The translations under genes and the position numbers were made by a program. From Balanoglossus misakiensis (Eukaryota > Animalia > Hemichordata): a DNA stretch of 64,000 nucleotides. The notes under the pieces were generated by a model that searched no databases, was not told the origin of the DNA, and was given only the letters and a program-made list of their open reading frames with translations. Every line of letters starts with the position of its first letter. Positions within the stretch are counted from its first letter, which is position 1. Where the stretch lies: NCBI GenBank assembly GCA_040954595.2, contig CM082596.2, positions 6,150,791-6,214,790 of the forward strand. Reading direction: 5' to 3'. Positions 13,501 through 26,100 of the stretch are shown here, in pieces.

Positions 13501-16500
13501 ATTTTCATACAAGATTGCCTCGCCACTTTAAACCGACAATGGAGACCGCGCTAATGCAAGCGCTTAATGCACGACGTTGTTTTGTGCGAATGGCAACCCT
13601 GGGTACAATAGCGGTTTACAAGAGGGTTACCACGGTAACCTCTTTTGGCCTACCACCCGGGTGTGTAAAACGCTCCATTATGTTACGGCTTGACGAGAAT
13701 CTGAGGATGTGAAAATGTATGCAGAACAACCTCATTGAAAATTCCCCATTATCACCCCAGCGAGTAAATTATTTGCAGACGAGCCAGCTCAGACTGTCAT
13801 ACAAAATTGAAAATATGTATCTATGATAGCAGCAAATAAAATATGTGGTCTGTTCTTGTTGTAGACATGGATAATATTATTGTACTTCTGCAAGAAGAAA
13901 AGGCTGTTTAGATTTTCTATTTATGGTAAAGTTGATACTCTTTGGGAAGGAAATTTTGAGAGGGAAAATCAATCTTGTTTGTTTATGTTTTTTTCTTTGT
14001 TTGGAGCACACTGTGATGAATTTTATTCCTTTACTTCAAAGTTTTGCACACTATCAAAATCAGATGAACAATCCAATAGCAGACATGCAAACCGGTCAGG
14101 TGACTGCTCTGGACCAATCAGTGACACTGCATCGAAATCATTCAAGAAATCAGGACAGTTTCCAACCCGGTGCTGTTCGTACAGTCACCCTTCACCCCAG
14201 AACAACGGCCTGAAACCCATTTCCCCCCTTGAACAATGAGAGTGTCCCATTTTCACGCCTACTGGCTTGCAAGAGTCTGGAAATTCGGGAGTTCAGGTGG
14301 AGAAGTGGGTCAAGAGCCACATTTCATTACGCCTGGACTATCGGACATATATTCATATTGGGAAACATCAACACACTCAGAGAAAAATTTAACCACTCTG
14401 TAAAAAACGAGGATTTTATCGGCAATGTCCCACAGCAGGGATTGCCAATCATGCCATTGAAGGCCCAACATCAAGGGCTACTAATGCGGAGATAATTCAA
14501 TACAATTTGATTGGTTTATCTGCGAACCACCGCAATTTTTTTTTCTCTCAAGTGGAGCGCAGTCATTTAAATTACCACATAGTTCCTTTAACAAGCATTT
14601 AAAAGCTAAGTGCACATCTATTTTCTCATTATTCAGTCCACATTCACCCGTTCTATTTTTCACTAAAAATCTTTGCAAGAGACAAACAATTATGAAAACT
14701 TTGATTGCTTTGTATATTCATAAGTATTCATAAATCTGACAGTCGCTTCGCAGAAATTTAATGGGAAAGATTATTTATTGAGAATGATGAAAAGATAATG
14801 TCATCTTCAAAGGAAAAATCAGGCAGAGTTCTTGTTCACTCGGTTTGAATAGAATTGTGCTATGAAGCCGAAAGCAGTAAAAAACATGCTACTTTCTCAA
14901 TACATGTATGACGATTGACTGGCATGGGTGAATTATATTACTGATGCAAGAAATGGTCAGTGTTGTACCCCTATTTTTATGTGGGCTGGCCCAACATTCC
15001 ATCGGGTCACGGTGAAAAGGAGGGAGAAACACAGTTGACTCAAAATTGAATGCTTAATTTGTCGTGTTTTTCATTCAAACCACCCAAGACAGTTGATTCA
15101 ACTTTGACAAGTCACTTCGACTGGCCTTGTGCAGCCTATTCACATCTTGAAAATCAAAAACAGCATTGGGGCCATTTCAAAAAACATGCAGTTGCACATC
15201 CAAGTGTTTATCTCCAATAACAAGCTGTGTACCACATCATGCCCGGACAGAAACCAGTCTCAAAAGGCCATTTGAAATTGCAGGCACAAACAACAAACAC
15301 TTGTTATTGCTCGCGCACCAGTCGGACAACCAACATCCTCAAATGCATATTTGCGACAGATTAAATGTGGCCAATCGCTGGAAATAATTTCATTATCTGC
15401 CAACTGAACCCAGAGCAGGGTACATCAACAGGTCTACTGTGAAATTTACAAGACCTCCTATTTTTTTGCGGCAAGCAGACAACAAGACCTCTTCACCGTT
15501 GACTGCTCTTTGGAAATAAAAAAAAAGGCAAAAGAAATGCGAATCCAAGCAGTCGGTGAGGCCATTTCATAATGAACTCTCTCACCCAAACAACTCTCAA
15601 TACCACAATTAGCACGCCCATTCTTCCAATCATAACAAAACAATCTCGGCACGCTGGCTGAACACATTTATATTTCTGAGTTTTGGATTCATTTGAGCGT
15701 GTTTGGTATCCCTTCGGCAAGTGTTTGAGACCTTCGTCAATACTGTGGGTTTTTTTTTCCGGGCGGAATCGCGTACTGATCATCGCACGTAACACAGAGG
15801 TCGCAAAAAACTTGAAACACTGCCAGTGGATCTCACATACTGGCTCACTGCCGTCTACGTTCCAAAACCAATCAAAACCCCTCACAGTCCAGAATTCCAT
15901 TACCTGTCTACAGAAAGTCTTCAAAATTCCTGTTAGCAAACGTAAGTAACCATCAAGGCGGACAAATTTATCACGAGAGAAAAAAATCACCCCTTACTTC
16001 ATTCACTGAGAAAATCGCAAATAGAGTGATAATCACATACACCGAAGCCCTATACGCTCAATCCATCCCCACAAATGACAATTTACCAAAATATATTGAT
16101 GACCTAGTGCCTGACAATGAGAGAAAACAACACCAGGTTCACAGCCTGTCAACACCTCGTTGATTTCTCAAAAGACAAAAACCTGTTGACAATAGAGCTA
16201 ATGACCAGATTCACTCATTCCTGGGAATGTCCTCATCATGGGCTGATTTACATATTAAATGACCTATTTGGGGTCACTGCAAATAAACTTTACACACCTA
16301 ATAAGGACTCGGACATGTTTATGCTGAGTTCCCTCGAGTGAAACACAACATCTCAAGGATGTCACAAGACATTTTTTTTGTTTTCCTTGAGTGGTAACAA
16401 ACACTAGAAGTCGTGAAACGTAACAAATACTTTGCAATCAGAACGCAGTGGCAAGTTTCAACACTGCAGCGTCACCTGGTAGCCAAAGAATTAATGAGAG

Positions 16501-17825
16501 AACAAAAATAAATATTTCCAGCAGTCTGAAAGATTCAGAAACTGTCCGTTACAAGGCAATTGAACAATACGCGAACGATACATGGTCCAGTGACAGACAC
16601 AGGTCCTGCAATCGCCTGTTTCATCAACTGTATTGTCTGCTACCGAGGGGCTTATCGGCTGCTTTGTCTAGGACTGTAGAATCTGCAAGCGACGGCACAC
16701 ACAGTACAAGATATCTCCCCTACAGCTCGACTCTAAACCGATATTGTCGCTACTTTCTTCTCCCTTTGCGTATTTACAAGTCATCCATAAGCAACACTGA
16801 TAATCCTACACGGTTTCATCGCATCAAAGACCCAGGTTTCAATGCAGAGCGTGATTTCTAATCCTTTTTGTCTTATTTTAGCCGGACGTAATCTTCTCTG
16901 CCTGTCTACGTCGCGACGTGGGGAGGATTATTGGAAGCATTTTGCGGCCGCCAATTTGCATCGAACTGACGGTCACTCTCGCAACACTGTCAAGAACACC
17001 AACGGTGAAGTCACAAGAGACTGCGTGTCGTGAATCCAACAGGTGTCACCAAGTACAATATTCAAATTTGGCTGTTAAGACCACCACAGCTTTACTGGAC
17101 AAAAATCAACTGCAGGGTGCAACAGTGCAACCTGGGTACTAAACCCCCCCCCCCCCCCCACCCTTTGAAAATGAGCCTGGTCACTGTGTCGCAATTTCTC
17201 CCTATCCCGAGAAAACATGTAGCGAGAAGCCTTAATCAGACTCTTACAGTGTAAATTCACAAGTGCCTATAAAAGTTGGTGGTTGCAATAACACACAGCA
17301 GGCACGATGTGTAGTTATACACTGTAAAACAATGACTGAGGCTTTTCCTCACATGTCTCCCAGCACAGGTACTGTAAAACGGGTTATTTTCGCGACAGGA
17401 AATTTTCGCAATATCAAAAGAGGCAACTGTTACGTGAGGATTAATTTTCAAGTTCTCGTATTTCACTAACTGCATCATAATCTCCGGAAAACATTTTAAA
17501 GGACTTTTTATTTTCACGTTTCTTGGCTCTCGCGTATTTCGCGAAAATTTATTGCTCGCGAAAATAACCCGTTTTACAGTATTGCTCAACACAGCAAATG
17601 GCCACAGCCAGTGTCACACGATTAGGGGACGTATCAAGCCAGGACTGCCTGTAAAATGTTTTAGACGACATCCTTTTGTCACCAAACTACACTTACAGGC
17701 AGCTTGACCGAATACAACGCAACAATGAGAATTGACAGGTACATCATTGTTAGTGGCGTCAGAACCTACAACCTCTGTGTTATAAAAAAACACAATAAAC
17801 CTCTTTTATTGGAAATAATTCTCAC
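4510..17825 (-). other. 13.3-kb GT-AG intron splitting the BTB domain
   Basis: Canonical GTGAG donor and polypyrimidine-CAG acceptor. The flanking exons give a seamless BTB sequence (…VGTDE|APMYAHK…). Confidence 0.85.
17370..17581. mobile_element. MITE (non-autonomous DNA transposon, Tc1/mariner-type TA target duplication), about 208 bp
   Basis: Perfect 26-bp inverted ends including the flanking TA: TACTGTAAAACGGGTTATTTTCGCGA (17370-17395) and TCGCGAAAATAACCCGTTTTACAGTA (17556-17581). Subterminal TTTCGC repeats. No credible coding capacity. Confidence 0.9.
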
Positions 17826-17966
17826 CTCATCGGTGCCGACAATGAAAAGTACATCGGCCGTGTCTCGGTCGTTCAGCAAACTTTCCAGGTCCAACAGCAA
17901 AGCCGGCACTCCAGCATGTACTTTGTCCGCCGGAATCCAGAACTCATCACCTATCGCTGTCCCCAT
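17826..17966 (-). CDS. BTB/POZ-domain protein, first recognisable coding exon (MGTAIGDEFWIPADKVHAGVPALLLDLESLLNDRDTADVLFIVGTDE)
   Basis: ATG in strong Kozak context (ACCATGG). Acceptor tttcccctctcgtag lies just upstream, so the exon starts at 17984. Phase-0 donor GAG|GTGAG at 17826/17825. The peptide matches the BTB N-terminal pattern L..L......DV.F.VG. The frame is open back to the acceptor (IYEAVT-M), so an N-terminal extension from an upstream exon cannot be excluded. Confidence 0.88.
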
Positions 17967-18281
17967 GGTAACCGCTTCATAAATCTACGAGAGGGGAAAC
18001 ATATATTTGAAATGTACCAGTACAGCCCTTTACAAATAAAAATAAAGTCATAAATTATTTATTTGTTAAAATCTAAGGGCATGTTAGTTACACAATTTTT
18101 AACACTTGCATATTGTCACACTTTGCTGAGCTTTTCTATATCAGAAGTGTTTAAATTTAAAACCATCATTTTGATTAAAAAAGTGTGGACCGCTGTACTG
18201 TAAAATCCAACCTACCTTTTAAAAGATGTTACAGTACTGTACGACAAAACCATTTTTAGCCAAACTGGTGTACATATTGGA

Positions 18282-18325
18282 TGTTGCCGTACCAACATTG
18301 CAATTTGCATGTTGGTATGGCAACA
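18282..18325. repeat. Short inverted repeat with 17-bp arms
   Basis: TGTTGCCGTACCAACAT (18282-18298) pairs with ATGTTGGTATGGCAACA (18309-18325) with one mismatch. Confidence 0.75.
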
Positions 18326-19554
18326 CCAGTTTTATCAACATCCACTAGTATACCGGGAAAAACTTCGAACTACGGTACTGCTAGTTTGAACGACAAACCC
18401 CCGTCCAACCCCCAATGACCAGGCAATAACCTCTTGCTATGGACGGTACAGTAGCTACAGGCATCTCCATAGCAACGCGTATGGCACGTGTGCGGACTTT
18501 GGAGTTGACAGCCGTGGTTGTAAAAACCCTTGGGTGATTAATAGGCCGAAAACGACCGACGCTTTTCACAGTATCACTACATCTAAATCGAGAGCATTAT
18601 AAGACATGGACGGTCTTGACCTTATCTGACTACACTGTCCACACAGTACACGTGAGTTACTGTACGGAGTAGCTATTACTGTGATATCACCACGTAACGA
18701 GACATTTGGGAAATACAGGGGCTTTCAGTGTGCGTTCGATATGTTCATAATTGCCGCCAAGTTTACCATTTGCAACGAAACATTGTGAAATCAAAATAAA
18801 CTTCACCTGAATAACTGCAGTGCATGAGGTCGAGTTCTTGCCATCAAAGGGTACGCTGCTTTTGCGACAACTACATAAACACTTGTTTTTACACTGAAGT
18901 TGCCGAAAAGAAACCCCTAAACAAGCCAAACCACACAACATCATCAGGGGGGAATCAATGCATTATGATTGGCATATATGTAGCAAGTGTGCTTTCAAAT
19001 GTACTTGTAGTTTATTTTGCGACATGCCATTCAATGGTACTGTTCAAATATGGCGCCCTTTTTGATTAAAATTAATTGCCCTGAAAGTACTCCACCATGT
19101 AAAAAAAAGCCAGTCCCAGTTCGTTATGTACATTTTAATTCACTGGTGTGTGGTGTGTAGAAACGAGCCAATTCTCGCCATTATCATCAGTGCAAAATTT
19201 CGTGTTATAACAATCATTGCCTTGATTTAATTCTAAAAGTAATTTTGAGGTGAATAGAGTTTTTATTATTCATATTAACTCCCATTTAACTGCGTGTTAC
19301 ATTTTCAATATTATATCCCACGGGTCCGGGGTAATTTAGCGTTGAAATTAAAGCTCTGCTGCGTGACCTTACATTAGCGATATTGAAAATGTTTTTCGCT
19401 TGTCGGATATTATTTGCAAATTTGCCATAGTAGGCCCAGGCCTCCCTAATCCATGGCTGACCGTTTAGCATATAGGCCTAAGCTACTATTCATTTTTCAG
19501 AGCTCCAATTAATCCCGCGTCGAATGAACTTCAATGTAGGCCTATATCCCTTAC

Positions 19555-19740
19555 CTTCATTTGACATCGACTGACTTAATATTTTTTTCCTTTTCCGTCA
19601 TTGTTTTGACCACTTTCTCTCAATCTTTCGATATAGGATAGCTGGTAGGCCTATAGTATAGTATAGCCTGCCATGGGTCTGCAGTTGCGAAACATAACCA
19701 CTGCAGGACTATGTTAACGACGACAGCCAGCAGTTAGAGA
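19555..19740 (-). other. Candidate non-coding first exon / TSS region of the BTB gene
   Basis: Strong donor AAG|GTAAG on the - strand (exon end 19555). The downstream exon has an acceptor, so an upstream exon is required. Three TAGGCCTA palindromes cluster here and CpG density rises here. The 5' boundary is a guess. Confidence 0.45.
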
Positions 19741-22700
19741 CAGAGCACAAATTGTAGCGGTCTTTAAGCCTAAAAGGAGAGAAATTTAAAAGGACACGTG
19801 TAATATGCCTTTAGTAATTACACTTGTATTTGGCCGACCTTCAGCGACACCAGGCAATAAACAAGTCGGCAAAAACCTGGGCCTGTAGGGGACCAACGTC
19901 TAGACGGTTTTTTTTTATTAAAGATACAAATTCTCTCTCGTCGTGATGTGAGATTTAAGCTAGGCTGGCGTACATATAGACTGCATGACTTTTGGATGAA
20001 ACTATACCGATCGGAGCATTACGATCGGTCAGGGGAAAAAAACGATTAAACAGAAGTGCCCTGTCATTATGTATCGTTAACCTTTCCGCGACAGTCATCG
20101 CAAAATGTTGGAGTCAAGATAACGTAATCGATAAAATATCCCTTCTTTTCGTCGCGTTCTTCCGAATTCAAGATAGCTTATCCGCGTCGTGTTGAAAAGA
20201 TTGTTTGGTGATTTCTGAGAGTTCACTGAACAGTGCTCGCCTAAAATTTTGATCTTCCTTTTCGTGGATGTGACAATTCAGGCGCCACCGGCAATTGGCT
20301 TCATTATTGGCGACTCTCAGAGTGATGTACAGAACATCCGTGGAGCGTGTACGACAATTTTACGGTGACAGTCTCGCCCATCACACGATGTGTTTATTGT
20401 GCGAGTGTCTGTAGAGATTCGGTCTTTTTGCCCGTCGTTAAACAAACACAGAGGCAGTGTCACCTTTTAAAAACTGGCTAACGCTCGGCATCTTTGTATC
20501 GATTGGGGATTCGAAGCTGCTCAAACACAAACTTCCCTGCAGCAAAATGAAGTTTTCCGTTCGTTGTCCTTCTTTTTTGAAAAAAAAAGTCGCGAGGCTC
20601 TAAAAGCAGTGAGATTTACTTTGATCAGCCGACGGCGCTTGCCAGACGACGTGCGCCGATAACACCTCGAATTTTACATCAAATTCCGTAAAAATTTTAG
20701 AATGTTTACCCAAACAAGGTGCGATCATTTGAGACGCATAAATTTTTGATTGGGGAGTCATTTATACGAAGTTGCAAGCAGTGATCATGGCGCTCTCATA
20801 TAGAGAGTATTAACTAAAGTTCCTATTTCATCTGACTGTAATCATTACATCTGCTCGTAATCTCACTCGACAAACGTCATTGATGATTGAAAATTGAAAA
20901 ACTGCGATTACCTTTCACTTTAAAAGCAATTCTTACTCGTACTCGATTACTTCCCCCGACTGTTAATGTTTTTCTAATAACGGAACACGATGAAAAATTG
21001 TAAAAAAGTTTAGTTTCATGAATTTCTGGGATGATGTGAAATGAGACTTGAATCGGCAAAACTACGTCGTCTGTAACTTGATTTGTTTGTTCGTTCGGTT
21101 CCTTCGTCTCATGCATATGTCTGTCAGCTTCTATCGGGACCTGTTCGAGGCTGGATATAAACCTCTCAACTTGCACGAAGGAACAATTTAAAATATCACT
21201 TTCATTTTGTTTCATATGCAACGATAATCAAAATGAAGATGGCGACTTTGGCCCCTTCACTGATGTCAAGAAATCCGCCTGCATTGAAATTCGCCGTTTC
21301 ATCTTTAAAATATTTAATATCAACAAATACTGGAAACATTGAATTGTATTAACATTGAATAGTTGGATAATGAACGTTATCATATACTAGTATGTGATCA
21401 AATCCAATGAGGCAACCCCCCACCACTGACGCATGCGCGCAGATCACGATGAGGAAAAACACCCCTGCTCAAGTGATGACAGCGAACACTGCCTAAACCA
21501 CAAACCACCGCCAATAAAACACCACTTCTCGCCATCTATTTCAATTTCACTTAGCAGCCCCGGTAAACACGTTATACATTCCTCAAATCGAGCACTTTTA
21601 AAGACTCGGCCCTCGAGTGCTTTTGTTTGCCGACAAGAAACTACAAGAGCACAAAAGGCTCCGGGCCAATATTTGCTCTACGCTTCTGCAAACCAAGCGA
21701 ATAGAAATTAAGTATTATATGCCCTGAACGCGGGTACTACTGCACACTGAAGCTGAGTGACTTTATTAAATAGCTAACCTATACGGGTTCCTAATGTAGC
21801 AGAAATTACAGCATCCTGGCATGCTGTTGGTGAACTTCGGTGCTATATTATCTTTTTATACATCAAAATGAGCATACGATACGAAGCTCAGGGCCCCGTC
21901 CACTTTCAATTCGGCCCACGTGAGTCTTATTTTCCAAACTTAAAAGACGGTAGTAAAAACAGACCCTTCTTGGAGTGTCGTTTTGGAGTGCAGATTTTTT
22001 GGGAACATGTGATGTAGAAATGAGACCAAATGATAGGAAGGAATGATCTCGGACCAATGATGGGGCCAATGGCTTTACTGATGATTTGCTTGAGAAACTG
22101 AAACTTCCTTGAAGGCCTTCTTCCCATCTTGAACTCTGACACGCCGATTTGAAGTTACATCGCTCGACAGACGGCTGTGTGACTTACACAGACATTGCCC
22201 TGACTGTTTGGACTTTTGTCCCACAGACACGTCGTCGGTTGCACAGGTGGACAGACAGCTTAGAAACTATGCACGATTTGTTAATTGGTCGGCCGTTGTT
22301 AGTTGCTCGGCTGACCGACTGGGAAGGCTGTTTGCACTAAGATGAAGCTGGCGCCGACATTTCGATGTTTACCCCAGGATTACCTGATGAGGAACCCAAG
22401 AATTTGGACTAGTGATTACTCGGGTTTTCCGATCACCAGTCTAAATTCTCTCAAGTTCTGGGTTATTTTCATGAAAAGCAGTTCAGTCGTGGAAATGTGT
22501 TTACCGATGGAGTAGAATGTGTACACGATTATTATTTACCTCTTGCGAGTTACTCGTATTTACAAACAGGTGTCTCACCGTGGCCACTGTCATAATATGC
22601 TAATAATATGCAAAAATCGACCACTTGGAAACCTAATACATTGTACTTGCATAGACAACATGGCGTTTGGCGAATTCAATGCGTTCTCGTTTTGTGTAAG

Positions 22701-23069
22701 AATTTGGGGGGTAATTTTAAACGACCAACCTATTCCGTAACAAATCAATACTGTTTTAACGTCTGACAAATAGAGTAAGTTATTGCAATTCAAAGAATCT
22801 CTGGAGGAAATTGGAAGATGTTTTAGGTCAACATATTGCACAGAAACACAGCTTACGGATCGCTAAGTACACTGCCCGCCGTACGTACAAAAACCACATC
22901 AATTCGCGTCTCTATTTTTCCTGTCTTTGGTATGGTATGCAGTTGATGCTTCATTGTAGAGACGAAGAAACCACATGTGCGCTCGGGTAATTGCGCTATC
23001 ACTCCACGGCGCGCGAAAGCTTTTCTTTCCCCCGCAATTCTTAATTCCACTTGAGATGCATCAGCAGTG

Positions 23070-23140
23070 GCTGCCCAGTTGCCCGGGAAACAAGCTCCCC
23101 TCATCTTCCCCCTATGGCAACCGATGATTGACAGCGCGGG
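23070..23140. promoter_or_regulatory. Candidate enhancer core: two RFX X-boxes plus a PBX-MEIS decamer
   Basis: GTTGCCCGGGAAAC (23078-23091), CCTATGGCAAC (ending 23121) and TGATTGACAG (23125-23134) all within 60 bp. Confidence 0.5.
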
Positions 23141-26100
23141 GATGTGAATGATTGCCACCGAGATAAACCCGGGCATAATGGCAGTCAGCTTTTTTTTTGC
23201 TTTTCAGAAGGCAGAGACGGGGAATCTGACATATCTGAGCCCGGAGCTTTTTTCTCTCTCTGCCAACATTATCCCGTCCACTTCAATCTAGCTGTCGTTT
23301 TTACTAAGCGCTCCCGCCGCAGGAGAACGCCATTCTCCGCCGTCAAACAGACACGTTTTAAGTCGTTGATTGCTGATGAATCAATCTTTGCATTTGCTCC
23401 CGCTTTCTCTTTCTTATACCATCTGAAGTTGCATTTAAGAGTATTTTTTTCTGGAAAGACTCTCCAGGCATCGATTCACGCGTTAATGTTAAACACTCTC
23501 CCTGATCTAGTCAAGTGGGTTTTACTTCTAATCGCTGCAAGCGGTTTCTGCCATCTTGAATACGGCTAGCGCCTTTACATTTACTTATACTTATATTTGC
23601 CTGTCCATTGAGGAAAGTTAATTGCAAAAACTGCTGCCATTTTAACGCTATTCCCACTGGACATAAAAAGGGTGTCATTTTGTTCGCTGTCGTGATTTCA
23701 ATGTCACTTTTGACGGATAAGAGAAGTTTCCTAAGCCGAGTGCTGTGGCTATATACAATCATGTAACTGGATGTTCTCCTATTCGCCAACACTGGCAGTA
23801 TTTGTGATGGCTTAGAGAACGATGATTGCAACACCGGCCGCTTTTTTCAGAACTACTGTTTGGTGGAGATTTCTCTGTGTTGATCGGATACCTGCACACA
23901 CACAGACTGTTTGCGCTCTCAGTGTTTGCCTTTCCTAAGAGCACCTTTGTGGCCACAGAGCCCACACGGCTCAAGTTTCGACTAAAACCGGATAAAAACT
24001 ACCGGAGAATTAGGCATTATGCAACAGTTGCTTTTTTTCACCGACTTTCCACGGTTATTGACGGTCGTGATGGGCATTACGTGGCAAAGCCACACAAAAA
24101 TGTGAAACCTTATACCTTAGCCAGTGTTGCGAGGGGGAGTCTTTTGCTGTGTTTTTAGCGGCTCTCGAGTAGGGAGACAACCGGGGCTGGACCACTCCAC
24201 ATGGTAAACACGCAACCCCCACTGATAACTCGCATACGCCCAAAGTAACAAAGCAATTTGCACAAGTGGGTCTAAGCCCGGCACTTTAGGGTGACTTTCC
24301 GGCGAAATTGTTCCAAAAGATGGTTCCACTTCAAGCCCACTTTGCCTGAGTTACAAAGTAGGTCCTACCATGGCATGGTCCTAAGAAACTTGAGTAACGT
24401 CATTTAAAGCTTGACAGGCAAGAAGCGCCAAACGCTATTATCACCTCATTTGTAAAAGAAAAAGCGACAATGAAGTCGAAATAAAACCATATCATTATTC
24501 ATAATTAGCAGTCAATCACGCGTGTAATGGTGTGTGAATTTTAAGTTATGTTGCGAAAACGGGCGTTTACTTAGCAAACAAACGGGGGGGGGGGGCGAAA
24601 TTGTCTATCGGTACATACGCCACAGGTAGCTATCTAGGGCAAAGTTCACGCAGCAAGCCTTTCGCTTACACGACATCACGACAAACATAACCTGTTTTCA
24701 AAACGTGTCTACCCTGATGGGTCAATTTTATGATCAACTCATGGGGGGAGTATCAGACATTTTTTGCTGACACCGTGACGTCAACGCATTGCAGCGTCAT
24801 GGCTCCGCTATTCCCAGTCAAAACACCAAACAAGATGTATTCCGTGTTTTTGTGCCATTGTTTTCGACCGAACCATTGAGGATTGTTTTATGTTTTTGCT
24901 TCGGCGAGGGAGGTCTCGTGGTTTGCCAAAGAATGTGCTGGAATCGACCGAATGAATGAATCGGTCCCGTACTCAACTTCCGCTGCTTTCAATGTCCTCC
25001 CCCCCCCCCCCCCCAATAACGACCACGACCGAAAGTGACAAACGGAGCATCGTCAGCTGAAGAGGTCACCACTGAAATCTGAAAGTGTTAAGTTCTTCAC
25101 TGGTATCTCCCCGCCCCGAGTGGTCGTGGCTTACCGTCGTGCAGGCGGGGACAATGTAATGTCTTCATGACCCGACCGTGATTTACGCGCCGCCCTGGTC
25201 AAATTTGGGCGTATTCCAACATAAATAAGTGATTGATACTCGAAATGTGATGATTGATTTGGCTTAACATCCCTTTCCCTTCTCTGAAAAAAAAATGTGC
25301 CAAAAAACAACTGTTACGTAACCGGCCGAGCTCACCTTTCTCGGCCATTCAAATCGACGTTGATGTTTCGAACGCGAGTAACCGACAAATTTAATAAAAA
25401 TTTAATAACTGTATTTGCAATTTCCAGACCTTCTTTTCGTCCAGACATTTTCAGTGCAGCATTTTTTCGTCAACAGCACTTCATTCAAACGGCAAAAAAA
25501 CCCACTTCCTTTGGCACGAATATCTTTCCATACCTCAATTCACAGCGTGCGTCCCAGGAATGTTGAAAAGTTTCACGGCGAACAAAAGTGGTTTCGGTTG
25601 CAGACCACTATTAGGAGAAGGGGGAGAAGCCCCTTCCGGTAACACTTAGGACATTTTAAGGCTTCGTTAATGCTCAACGTTTCTAGATATAGCAACGAGC
25701 GGTGATGTGTGCGAACGGGCGTAAACGAGTTCAGATTCTTCGCATTGAATAGAACGTGTTAGCGATATCCTAACAATAAAATGTATTTTTAAAATCGTAA
25801 TGTATAATAATATATATACAATATTCTATTTTCGCTCGTATATGTCATCATTCGTGTGACGCAGCAAAAGGGTCACATTTTCGCACATTAACAATGGCAA
25901 TTAATGAATAAAATTAATAGACATTCCCATAATTGGCCAAAGAACTCGACCCCGGTTGGTACGCCGACGTCTGTACAACAAAAAACTAGCTATAAGTGGC
26001 CGGTTACAAAAACGGGTTCAGTTCTCTGGTAAAGCATGGGTAAAGTCATTCTGTAAACGAAGAAAGCAAACATGAATTTTGGCTCGCGGAATCGCTTCAA

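Noticed and set aside
21086-21098. TTTGTTCGTTCGG, identical to the 5' 13 nt of miR-375
   Set aside because: The 3' half diverges from mature miR-375, and the potential partner arm pairs mainly by G:U across a long loop. Small-RNA reads would be needed to revive this.
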